Shown here: one piece after another, positions 17,613 through 26,086 of the stretch
Layout: each line of letters starts with the position of its first letter
Numbering within the stretch: the first letter of the stretch is position 1
Assembly: GCA_038874595.1 (NCBI GenBank)
Contig: JAVZCB010000006.1
Coordinates: 9,599 to 73,598, forward strand
Length of the DNA stretch: 64,000 nucleotides
From: Candidatus Micrarchaeia archaeon
GTDB lineage: Archaea; Micrarchaeota; Micrarchaeia; CAILAH01
Reading direction: 5' to 3'
Program-made: the position numbers and the translations under genes
Notes under the pieces: generated by a model
Database searches by the model: none
What the model saw: only the letters and a program-made list of their open reading frames with translations
What the model was told of the DNA's origin: nothing

Positions 17613-18668
17613 TTATCTCCTATTTGCATATTCTTGTATGCTGATGCCTTTCGCAAGCATATACTCTGCAGTTTTGCCAGTGATTACGATGCTTGCGCGC
17701 CCCAGCTCTTCAATATTCCGTGAGTTTGTGAGCATCATTGCGCGCTTAAGGTATACCTCCCACTGCTTTAACTCTGCATCAAGCCTCTTTTTGTAGTATG
17801 CGCGAATGAAAGGGCTGGCAGCACCAGCAATATCCGCACCAAGCGCAATCGCCTTTGCAGCGTCTAGGCCGTTCCTGATACCGCCGCTTGCAATTGTGAA
17901 CACTCCTAATTCTGAGACCTCAGCAATACATACTGGTGTGGGGTTACCCCATTCGGCAAACGGCCCGGCATCACCACCGCGCACCTCCTCCACTTTACTC
18001 CACGAAGTACCACCCCTACCCGCAACATCAAACCCCGCAACCTTGCTGAATACGCTGTTGAACACCTCAGCGGTCTCCCAACCTATCCCCGCACCGGTTT
18101 CCTTAAGTATAACAGGGAACTCAATCTCGTGCACGAGCGCATCTATCCTCTCCTTCACGCCAGCAAACTTCCTGTCCCCCTCAGGCTGTACAAGCTCCTG
18201 CAGCGTATTAAGATGCACTGCAAGGTAATCCGCCTCAACGCTCTTGAGCATATCATTGATTTGCGTGCTATTATAATTGAGCAATTGTGCCGCTCCAATG
18301 TTCCCAACTATAGGTATGCTGGGCGCAACGTCCCTTACATAATAAGTCTCTTTAAGGGCCGGGTTCTCAATCATTGCACGCTGTGAGCCTAGGCCGAACG
18401 CGATACCGTGCTCTTCACATGCAGTTGCAAGTGCCCTGTTTATTGCTTTTGCCTCCGGGTACCCGCCTGTCATCCCCGTTATCATAAACGGCAGTTTAAG
18501 CTTGTGCTTGATGAATGAAGCGTGCGTATCCACGTCATCATAATCAAAAGCTGTAAGTGCCTTGTGCACAAATTCTATGTCATCCAGCCAGTTATATGCA
18601 TAGGCAACATCTTTTTTTACGCAGATGCTGACGTGCTCGCCTTTACGCTTTTTTGTTTGCGTATTCAT
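17613..18668 (-). CDS. fni: type 2 isopentenyl-diphosphate delta-isomerase (FMN-dependent)
   Basis: RKGEHVSI, PFMITGMTGG, LKETGAGI, ASGGIRNGLDAAKAIALGA: TIM-barrel IDI-2 pattern. Confidence 0.88.
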   Translation of the reverse strand: MNTQTKKRKGEHVSICVKKDVAYAYNWLDDIEFVHKALTAFDYDDVDTHASFIKHKLKLPFMITGMTGGYPEAKAINRALATACEEHGIAFGLGSQRAMIENPALKETYYVRDVAPSIPIVGNIGAAQLLNYNSTQINDMLKSVEADYLAVHLNTLQELVQPEGDRKFAGVKERIDALVHEIEFPVILKETGAGIGWETAEVFNSVFSKVAGFDVAGRGGTSWSKVEEVRGGDAGPFAEWGNPTPVCIAEVSELGVFTIASGGIRNGLDAAKAIALGADIAGAASPFIRAYYKKRLDAELKQWEVYLKRAMMLTNSRNIEELGRASIVITGKTAEYMLAKGISIQEYANRR

Positions 18669-18716
18669 AAGGCAATTATCGCAGTTTACATTTATAAAAG
18701 AAGCGATTACAGTTTG

Positions 18717-19094
18717 CTGCTTTTAAAATAAATATCTACGCCCGAGACGCAAAAGCAGAAGAAGTTGTTCAAAGGAAGAAAACTGCTTTTAAAATAAATA
18801 TCTACGTCCTAGACAGGATCGAGCAAATGCGTAGAATTTGCGAGAGTTGTGGAGGGCAACGCCCGAGACAGGATCGAGCAAATGCGTAGAATTTGCGAGA
18901 GTTGTGGAGGGCAACGCCCGAGACAGGATCGAGCACTGATGGGGGCTTAGCCCCCCTCGTGTGGTCTACACCCCCCAATTTACGATTTTTCTAAATAACT
19001 GATGGTTTTAAGTAATTAAGAGATAACGTCCTAGACAGGATCGAGCAAATGCGTAGAATTTGCGAGAGTTGTGGAGGGCAACGCCCGAGACAGG
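18717..19094. repeat. nested direct repeats of the tRNA-Asn 3' end plus a 42-nt unit
   Basis: The 13-mer CG(C/T)CC(G/T)AGACAGG occurs at 18805, 18860, 18915, 19027 and 19082 (the last is the real tRNA 3' end), with a 10-nt partial copy at 18739. The 42-mer ATCGAGCAAATGCGTAGAATTTGCGAGAGTTGTGGAGGGCAA follows it at 18818, 18873 and 19040. The 24-mer CTGCTTTTAAAATAAATATCTACG occurs at 18717 and 18783. Confidence 0.9.
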
Positions 19095-19200
19095 ATTTGA
19101 ACCTGTGACCTTCCGATTTCAGCCGTTTCCGGTGCAGTTTTTCGTGTATCCAGATATATTGGCTAACAGTCGGACGCTCCACCAGCTGAGCTACTCGGGC
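19082..19200 (-). tRNA. tRNA-Asn(GUU) with a 46-nt canonical (37/38) intron at 19118..19163
   Basis: Reverse strand: GCCCGAG-TA-GCTC-AGCTGGTG-GAGC-G-TCCGA-CTGTTA[intron]A-TCGGA-AGGTC-ACAGG-TTCAAAT-CCTGT-CTCGGGC-G. Mature length is 73 nt with no CCA. Confidence 0.9.
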
Positions 19201-19329
19201 ATAATGTGTTTTTATTGAAAAAGCTAATTATTTTAAACCTCGCCTCGCACAACGCACAGGCCGAAAGTGCAGTTTAATGTGCAAAAGCCATTTTTAAGCT
19301 TTTATACAGAATAAAATCCAGTGATATAT

Positions 19330-19710
19330 ATGGCAGATGAAAAGAAAAACGTGCAGAAAGATACTGATGACTCGCGGCTATTGGGTGCAATCTCTTATAT
19401 ATTAGGGATTCTTGCACTTCTGTTCTTCCTGATAAAGAAGGAGGACAAATTTGTTAAATTCCACGCTATGCAAGCGGCACTGCTGAATGTTTTGTGGTTC
19501 TTGGTGTTTATAGTGTTGATGGTAATAAGCTTCGCCCTAGCAGTTGTTACAATCCCGCTCGGTGGTGTAGGTGCAATGGCCTGGATATGTATCCTTCCGC
19601 TTGGCCTTGTAATGCTTGTTGCAATACTTTTCGGTGCGTGGAAGGCGTTCCAGGGTGAGATGTACAAGATGCCTCTCATCGGCGACCTCTCTGATAAGTA
19701 TTCAAATTAA
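19330..19710 (+). CDS. DUF4870-like small membrane protein
   Basis: LLGAISYILGILALLFFLIKKEDKFVKFHAMQAALLNVLWF pattern with 3-4 TM helices. Confidence 0.65.
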   Translation: MADEKKNVQKDTDDSRLLGAISYILGILALLFFLIKKEDKFVKFHAMQAALLNVLWFLVFIVLMVISFALAVVTIPLGGVGAMAWICILPLGLVMLVAILFGAWKAFQGEMYKMPLIGDLSDKYSN

Positions 19711-19761
19711 GTTGCCAGTTTCTCATTTTAATCTTTCCTCTTTTTCTACCTGCAAATTAAG

Positions 19762-19771
19762 TATTTAAATA
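19762..19771 (+). promoter_or_regulatory. TATA-like element TATTTAAATA
   Basis: 20-29 nt upstream of ATG 19791, so the pilin-like gene is probably leaderless. Confidence 0.45.
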
Positions 19772-19790
19772 TTCCATCTGATTGTATAGC

Positions 19791-20246
19791 ATGCGAAGAG
19801 GGCAAGGTTCAATTGAGTACCTTCTTATACTAGGCGTAGTTATCGTTCTCGTTCTCATCATAATCGGTGTCATAGTTGGGTTCCAAAGCAGCGTGACATC
19901 AGTTTCAAAACAGCAGAGTGATACATACTGGGCAGGTGCAGATATAGGTATTCTCCCAGACCATCTTGTAAATTCAAGCGCTGCTTATATTACTGTAAAA
20001 AATAACAGGCCTTTCCGCGTCAAGATAATGGAAATAAAGTTCATTGATGATACTGGGAGCAAAGGTAACCTCCCAGCAACGTTTACACTATCACCTGGTG
20101 CATCGGCAAATGTTGAGCTGCAGGGTGTATCCTGTATAGCCGGTACAGATTACTCATATACAGTACAAATAAAATATTCCGAGCCATCCTCTGGCAGGAT
20201 ATTCACATTTACAGGTGAAACCCCACTCATAGGAAAGTGCCAGTAA
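19791..20246 (+). CDS. class III signal peptide (archaeal type IV pilin-like) protein
   Basis: The N-terminus MRRGQG/SIEYLLILGVVIVLVLIIIGVIV is a typical prepilin peptidase substrate. Confidence 0.75.
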   Translation: MRRGQGSIEYLLILGVVIVLVLIIIGVIVGFQSSVTSVSKQQSDTYWAGADIGILPDHLVNSSAAYITVKNNRPFRVKIMEIKFIDDTGSKGNLPATFTLSPGASANVELQGVSCIAGTDYSYTVQIKYSEPSSGRIFTFTGETPLIGKCQ

Positions 20247-20291
20247 CCTAACAGCCAGGGCACAATTTGTTTATTTGATACTTCCTTTTAG

Positions 20292-20966
20292 TCATATCCT
20301 ATACCGTATATTATTTCTCTCTATATAACCCTCGCTTGCTATGTTGCAGTTATTATATATTTTCTGTGAGAATTTGCAATTCCCTCTAATTTCAAGCTCT
20401 CCATTTTCCAGCGTGATGGTGATAAGGTTACCTTCATCATCGGCCAGTTGTATCTGGTTATTTAGCGTTTCATTGATATACCCTTCCTCATCAAGCAGGG
20501 TTACACCGTTTGCATTTTGTATGATAAGCTGCATTTGGATACCGTTTTCAGCCCAGGCCCAATTTTTTGATATTATAACTGCATTTTTCTCTGTCCTGAG
20601 TGACATTTTTGTCTTATGCATTATTTCAGTATTCCACGAGCTGCCATCAAACCCAGAGAACCACATATGAGTATCACCGCACCTAAACCGCGGCGTAAGC
20701 TCAACCTTAACTCCGGCATTCCTAATCGCATTATAATTACTTATAACCCGCTTAAATTCATCAATTCTTATTTGTTTTCCGATTTTACCATTTATAGTAT
20801 TGCCATAAATTTCAATACCATAAAGTGCACGTGCACTTTCCCTAAGTTCCTGTGCTATACGATCCTCAGCAGGTAGAGGTGGTAGAGAATTCTGTACAAA
20901 AATGACATACATAAACGAAGTTGCAATAATGAGCACAATCAAGGTATACAGGAACCCTTTCATCAT
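20292..20966 (-). CDS. pilin-like protein (class III signal peptide)
   Basis: N-terminus MMKG/FLYTLIVLIIATSFMYVIF. Last gene of the minus-strand operon. Confidence 0.55.
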   Translation of the reverse strand: MMKGFLYTLIVLIIATSFMYVIFVQNSLPPLPAEDRIAQELRESARALYGIEIYGNTINGKIGKQIRIDEFKRVISNYNAIRNAGVKVELTPRFRCGDTHMWFSGFDGSSWNTEIMHKTKMSLRTEKNAVIISKNWAWAENGIQMQLIIQNANGVTLLDEEGYINETLNNQIQLADDEGNLITITLENGELEIRGNCKFSQKIYNNCNIASEGYIERNNIRYRI

Positions 20967-20967
20967 A

Positions 20968-21342
20968 TCACCTCATACTCCTGCACACCTTTATCTCTGC
21001 AAGAAACGGCGTGCCATCTTCATCAACATATACATACGTGTATGTGGATTGATTATTGCAAATGCACGTTCTCTCATTGTATATAACATCCATTTTCTCA
21101 TTGTAGAGTATGTACTCACCGCACATCCCTGCCAGGTGTCTTATTAGTTCTGTTGGTTTTGTGTGTGTCTGCTTATGCAGTGCCGCCACACTTGCCTCAG
21201 TTGCAAGCGAGCGGTAATCATCACTCCAGACAGAAACCGGTATTGAGAGTATCAGGAACGCAAATAATAGTGCCATTATTGAATCTATTGTGAATATGAA
21301 CCCTTTCCTGCTTTTTTGTGTGTAGGTGCATTGATTAATCAT
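20968..21342 (-). CDS. pilin-like protein (class III signal peptide)
   Basis: N-terminus ...KSRKG/FIFTIDSIMALLFAFLILSIPV. Confidence 0.6.
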   Translation of the reverse strand: MINQCTYTQKSRKGFIFTIDSIMALLFAFLILSIPVSVWSDDYRSLATEASVAALHKQTHTKPTELIRHLAGMCGEYILYNEKMDVIYNERTCICNNQSTYTYVYVDEDGTPFLAEIKVCRSMR

Positions 21343-21346
21343 ATGT

Positions 21347-21811
21347 TCACCTTATGCCTGCAAACACATCCACACTGCACACTTTACCGCTGATTAACAC
21401 CAATATGCTTTTCTTAAGTACAGTTTCACCCTTTTTCCCTCCGGTTACATGCGTTCCATCCTCACACATCACATCAAGCACAACATCATAGGCTACACTT
21501 TCCCTACTGAGTGCCATCTCCTCCCTAAATCTTTCGTACGAATCCTCATTATTAAGTGATCTAACAAATCCAATAAACCCATAATTTACAACAAACGGTT
21601 TTGCGGTGTTGAATTCGTATTCACCAGCGACAAATAGCTTATCAATCACCCTATCCATCACAGCCTGCATATGTGTTGACCGTACAGCCTTTTCAAACTG
21701 CGCATTATTGAAATTGATGAACGCCATCAATGAGAGAATTGTTATTATGGAGATGGCAAGCGAAACGCTCACATCCTGTATGAAAATCTGCCCCCTCCCC
21801 ATAACCAACAA
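21347..21811 (-). CDS. pilin-like protein (class III signal peptide)
   Basis: N-terminus M(LVM)GRG/QIFIQDVSVSLAISIITILSLMAFI. Confidence 0.6.
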   Translation of the reverse strand: MLVMGRGQIFIQDVSVSLAISIITILSLMAFINFNNAQFEKAVRSTHMQAVMDRVIDKLFVAGEYEFNTAKPFVVNYGFIGFVRSLNNEDSYERFREEMALSRESVAYDVVLDVMCEDGTHVTGGKKGETVLKKSILVLISGKVCSVDVFAGIR

Positions 21812-21859
21812 TTCAGCAGTTATTCTTAAATATTAAATAACAAATGTAACCTAAAAAAA

Positions 21860-22213
21860 TTAGCCGTTCTTGAACACAGTTGCTTCAAGGTACTCCATCT
21901 TCTTTATGCCACCATCGAACACTTTCATGTCTTTTATCTCATTGTTATCAACTGTGAGGTAGTATACCTTTGAATTATCACTCATAAGTACCTTGCCGTA
22001 AAGCTTATTCCCTCTCATCTTCAATTGCGAAGTATCTATCCTAACCTCGCGCGGGAGCTCGGCCATCTTTACATTTGCAAGCGTTGCTTTTATATTATCA
22101 AGCGATGCCTTTGCATCCTTGTATACCTTACTGCTTGGGTCGAGCTGTGGGAGAAGCTCTTCAAGATTGCTTTTTATTTCGCTGAGCCGTTTGAGTATTA
22201 TAAGCCGCATCAT
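21860..22213 (-). CDS. hypothetical protein (helical N-terminus, beta-rich C-terminus)
   Basis: 117-aa ORF with an ATGA overlap with 22210..22470. Lies in the same operon as the pilin-like genes. Confidence 0.5.
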   Translation of the reverse strand: MMRLIILKRLSEIKSNLEELLPQLDPSSKVYKDAKASLDNIKATLANVKMAELPREVRIDTSQLKMRGNKLYGKVLMSDNSKVYYLTVDNNEIKDMKVFDGGIKKMEYLEATVFKNG

Positions 22214-22470
22214 GCCAATCCCCTTTCATTTATTTTTTTAGGCACTTTATCAAGCGTCTTCCCCTCTTCTTTATTATTTGTTGTAATCTTCAGCAAATTA
22301 CAAAGAAGTTTCCCTTGCTCTGTTAAATTTTTTGCCTGGTTTCCTGCAATAGATTCTTGTAATCTGTTCAACGCGTAAGCATTTTCAATCTGTTTATTAA
22401 TCTCTTCTTCCTTTCTTTTAGTTCCGAGCGCACCCACCATTCTCCCACCAAATACTATATTCCCAGCCAC
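22210..22470 (-). CDS. hypothetical small protein
   Basis: 86-aa ORF, first gene of the operon. A TATA-like TATATAAATG lies just upstream. Confidence 0.4.
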   Translation of the reverse strand: MAGNIVFGGRMVGALGTKRKEEEINKQIENAYALNRLQESIAGNQAKNLTEQGKLLCNLLKITTNNKEEGKTLDKVPKKINERGLA

Positions 22471-22527
22471 ATATATAAATGTTGCCTTATAGCAATCCCT
22501 TGCTCGTATAAAAGGCCGCTGTTTAGT

Positions 22528-25392
22528 TTAATCCCTGACAACTTGGATGCCTATCACTACTTTATCACTGTATAGTGTTATCTCCTTGGCCTCGCCCTCA
22601 ACCTCGCCGAATAAAATCTCATCTGCCTGAACAGCCTCCGCGATCTCTTTCATATGCTCTTTAATGCTCCTCACGACCTCCTCGTTTTGTGTCTTAACCG
22701 TTAGTATAATCCTGTCATCTATCGTAAAGTTAAGCTCTTTCCTGAAATTGTTAATCTTTCTGATAGCATCACGTGCAATACCCTCCCTCACAAGCTCGGG
22801 TGTAAGTGTTGTATCAAGCGTTACTGATATCTCCTGCCCTTCAGCAGTCTCAATTTTCTTTGAGTTTACTTCTGCGCGTATTATCTCGAGGAACTCATCA
22901 CCGAGCCTTGGCGATGTGATTTTTATCAAAGGTATAACCTGGCGTATCGGGATTTGTGCCTTCTCACGCATCTCAAGCGCTTTGCTCACTATTTGGCGTG
23001 TCAGCTCCATTTTAGTAAGCAGCTCTTTATCTATCTTATCCTCGGCGAGAACTGGCCACAGCTCAAGATGCACAGATTCCTGCAAAGCATTGTTTGCCTC
23101 CCTTAACGACTGGTGCACATACTCTGTTATGAACGGCGCAACAGGCGCCATGATACGCGATAGGTTATGCAGCACATATGCGAGTGTCCTTATCGCTTCT
23201 GCTGAAACCTTCTCATCCGCGCTCTTGAACCTCTCCCTGCTTCTTCTGACATACCACGTTGACAGGTCTTCTATAAACAATCCCAGCTCTTTTGTATAAG
23301 TTACGGTGTCATACCTATCAAGCGCTTCAGTTGCATTCTTTCCAAGCACATGCAACCGTGCAATTATCCACCTGTCCATAATGTTTTGTGATGATGCATC
23401 ATCCAGCACAGCATTCTTCTTTGAGAACAGGTTATAGAAATTGAGCACATTGGTGAGCAGCAGGACGTTCTTTCTGTACACTTCCGCAAGCGCCTCCTCC
23501 TTGAAGTTAAGGTCCTGTGCCTGCATCGTGACTGAGGACATCAGGTAAAGCCGCAGCGCATCCGCACCGTACTTGTCAAATATTAGGTTCGGGTCAGGGA
23601 AATTCTTCTTTGATTTTGACATTTTGGAGCCGTCCTCTGCAAGTATGTTCCCTGTAACTACGACGTTCTTGAACGGTGGCTTATCCATTAACAGGACACC
23701 TATCACGTGCATGTAATAGAACCACGCACGTACCTGCCCAACATATTCAGAGACAAAATCACACGGGAAATTCTTCTCCATCCAGTCCTTGTTTTCAAAT
23801 GGGTAATGCTTTGCAGCATACGGCATTGCGGCAGACTCAACCCAACAGTCTATAACTTCAGGTATCCTGGACATCCTGTTCCCGCATTTATCACATTTAA
23901 GGTGTATATTATCAACAACGTGCTTGTGCAGGTCAACATCATCTGCCACGTTTTCTATTGCATTCTGCTGCAGCTCTTTTACGCTGCCTATCACCTTTAT
24001 TGAATTACAGGCCTTATTATCGCATTTCCATACAGGTATTGCAGTTGCCCAGAACCTATTCCGTGATATGCTCCAATCCGGTGCAGTCTCAAGTATATTC
24101 CTGAACCGCCCTTCCTTGATATGCTCCGGGTACCAATTAATATCCTTATTCTTCTCTATAAGCCGCGCTTTTATTTTTTGTATATCTATGAACCACGAGT
24201 TGATTGCATCGTAAAACAGCGGCGTTTCGCACCTGTAGCAGAATGGGTACGAGTGGGTATGGTCATGGACACTAAAAAGCAAACCGCGATTATCCAAATC
24301 TTCTATAACCTCATGGTCAAGGTCCTTGAACCATTTACCGAGCCACTGCTCAGGCCCGCTTATTAACTTGCCATCTCTCCCGATATGCTGCACACGCGGC
24401 AGGTCATACTTCTTAATCATCCTATAGTCGAAATCACCGTACAGTGCCATGTGCACGATACCCGTACCTTCAAGTGCCGAGACCTCATCACCACCATCAA
24501 TAACATAAAACGCTTTCTTGCCCTGCTCATCTATCTTGTATAACGGCTCGTACTCTTTTCCAACAAGCTTTTCACCGTCAACTTCCTCAATAACTGTAAC
24601 GTTTCCTTCAATGACCTTCTCAAGAAGTTCTTTTGCGAGTATATAATTCTCCCGCCCGGCGTTTACCTTTACATATTTGAGTTTTGGATTTATTGCAAGC
24701 GCAACGTTGCCGATGAGCGTCCACGGGGTTGTTGTCCATGCAAGTATATACGTGTTCTCCTTACCTTTAAGCCTGAACTTTACAGTGATTGTCCTTTCAG
24801 TTATATCCTTATAGCTGTTATCCATTGCGATTTCTGCATTCGATAATGGGGTTTCACAGCGCGGGCAGTAAAGCAAGATTTTCTTATCCTCATAAATATA
24901 ACCACGCTCATACAGGTACTTGAATATGTACCACACAGTCTCCATATAATCTCGGTCCATTGTCTTGTACGCATTCTCAAACTCAATCCACTTGCCCATT
25001 CTCCTTACAGTCTTGCCCCACTCATTTGCAAAGAAAAGCACTTTCGAGCGGCAGAACTCATTGAACTTGTCTACACCCATTACTTCAATCTCTTTCTTCT
25101 TCTTTATGCCGAGTTCTTTCTCTGCGATGTTCTCTATGGGTAGGCCGTGGCAGTCCCACCCCCACCTGCGCTCGCACCTGTACCCTTTCATTGTCCAGTA
25201 CCTCGGGAATAGGTCTTTGCTTGTCAGCCCGAGGATATGCCCGTAATGCGGCAGCCCGGTTGCAAACGGCGGCCCATCGTAGAATACATACTGCTTATCC
25301 GCAGGCCTCTGTTGCACAGATTTTTCAAATATCTTGTTTTCCTCCCAAAAATCGGCCATCTTCAGCTCTATTTCCTGAGTATCCATCTTCAT
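22528..25392 (-). CDS. ileS: isoleucyl-tRNA synthetase (eukaryote-like type)
   Basis: FYDGPPFATGLPHYGHILGLTSKDLFPRYWTMKGYRCERRWGWDCHGLPIE and KMSKS. CP1 editing domain and Zn-Cys pairs are present. Confidence 0.9.
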   Translation of the reverse strand: MKMDTQEIELKMADFWEENKIFEKSVQQRPADKQYVFYDGPPFATGLPHYGHILGLTSKDLFPRYWTMKGYRCERRWGWDCHGLPIENIAEKELGIKKKKEIEVMGVDKFNEFCRSKVLFFANEWGKTVRRMGKWIEFENAYKTMDRDYMETVWYIFKYLYERGYIYEDKKILLYCPRCETPLSNAEIAMDNSYKDITERTITVKFRLKGKENTYILAWTTTPWTLIGNVALAINPKLKYVKVNAGRENYILAKELLEKVIEGNVTVIEEVDGEKLVGKEYEPLYKIDEQGKKAFYVIDGGDEVSALEGTGIVHMALYGDFDYRMIKKYDLPRVQHIGRDGKLISGPEQWLGKWFKDLDHEVIEDLDNRGLLFSVHDHTHSYPFCYRCETPLFYDAINSWFIDIQKIKARLIEKNKDINWYPEHIKEGRFRNILETAPDWSISRNRFWATAIPVWKCDNKACNSIKVIGSVKELQQNAIENVADDVDLHKHVVDNIHLKCDKCGNRMSRIPEVIDCWVESAAMPYAAKHYPFENKDWMEKNFPCDFVSEYVGQVRAWFYYMHVIGVLLMDKPPFKNVVVTGNILAEDGSKMSKSKKNFPDPNLIFDKYGADALRLYLMSSVTMQAQDLNFKEEALAEVYRKNVLLLTNVLNFYNLFSKKNAVLDDASSQNIMDRWIIARLHVLGKNATEALDRYDTVTYTKELGLFIEDLSTWYVRRSRERFKSADEKVSAEAIRTLAYVLHNLSRIMAPVAPFITEYVHQSLREANNALQESVHLELWPVLAEDKIDKELLTKMELTRQIVSKALEMREKAQIPIRQVIPLIKITSPRLGDEFLEIIRAEVNSKKIETAEGQEISVTLDTTLTPELVREGIARDAIRKINNFRKELNFTIDDRIILTVKTQNEEVVRSIKEHMKEIAEAVQADEILFGEVEGEAKEITLYSDKVVIGIQVVRD

Positions 25393-25415
25393 CCCTTTTT
25401 TTTGTGATTTGAGTG

Positions 25416-25426
25416 CATATTTAAAG
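25416..25426 (-). promoter_or_regulatory. TATA-like element (CTTTAAATATG on the minus strand)
   Basis: 24-34 nt upstream of ileS ATG (25392). Confidence 0.4.
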
Positions 25427-25468
25427 CAAAGAGTGTTTTTATTTCTTTATTAGTTTTGAAAAAAAGGA

Positions 25469-25702
25469 TGCGGCTGCCGGGATTTTCACACAGCTTTCTT
25501 TTGGATATGCCTAAGAAAGCTGGCAAAGAAGACTCAATTGTTTCTTTTTGCCAACTTTAATCATCCAAGGAAATGGCTGTTTTGAACCCGGATCCTAGGC
25601 TTTTTCTGCTGCCAGGTTTTCTTTGGATATTCGCGCTGTGCGCGAAACCGAAAGAAAAACTGTTGGGAAGCCCATGTCCTAACCAGGTTAGACTACAGCC
25701 GC
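25469..25702 (-). tRNA. tRNA-Gly(CCC) with two introns: ~62 nt at 37/38 (25602..25663) and ~98 nt in the T-loop (25483..25580)
   Basis: Reverse strand: GCGGCTG-TA-GTCT-AACCTGGTTA-GGAC-A-TGGGC-TTCCCA[intron1]A-GCCTA-GGAT-CCGGG-TTCAAA[intron2]T-CCCGG-CAGCCGC-A. Mature length is 74 nt with a perfect acceptor stem and no CCA. Confidence 0.85.
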
Positions 25703-25768
25703 ACCTGTGGTTGTTTTTAAGGAAAATAAAATTAAAAACCTGTATGCAACCCGATAAAAAAGAAGGAA

Positions 25769-26074
25769 TTAGACGAGGCTAATTTCAATATGTACGGTAT
25801 CAGGCACGCGTACACGCATTATTTGCTTGAGCACGCGCTCATCGCCCTCAACGAGGAGCATCCTCTTATGGATACGCATCTCCCACTTCTCGTAAGTGTC
25901 TGAGCCGTCACCACAAGGTGTCCTTCTTGTAGGGAGGATAAGCCTCTTGCGTGGCAATGGTATCGGGCCGCGGATAGGGATACCGCCCATCTTTGCGATA
26001 TCCACAATCTGCTTTGCAACACCATCAACTTCCTCGTATGACTTTCCGACGAGTTTTATGCGTGCAGATACCAT
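25769..26074 (-). CDS. rps10: 30S ribosomal protein uS10
   Basis: RIKLVGKSYEEVDGVAKQIVDIAKMGGIPIRGPIPLPRKRL...HKRMLLVEGDERVLKQIMR. Confidence 0.92.
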   Translation of the reverse strand: MVSARIKLVGKSYEEVDGVAKQIVDIAKMGGIPIRGPIPLPRKRLILPTRRTPCGDGSDTYEKWEMRIHKRMLLVEGDERVLKQIMRVRVPDTVHIEISLV

Positions 26075-26086
26075 TCAAACCACTGC

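Noticed and set aside
18805-19094. Regularly spaced ~55-bp repeats that could be mistaken for a CRISPR array
   Set aside because: The units are contiguous (13-mer plus 42-mer) with no unique spacers. There are only 3-4 copies. The 13-mer is the 3' end of the adjacent tRNA-Asn. No cas genes or leader are present.
25573-25782. 69-aa + ORF (and 18991..19182, minus strand, 63 aa)
   Set aside because: These fall inside the introns and exons of tRNA-Gly and tRNA-Asn respectively. They have no start context or protein-like composition.
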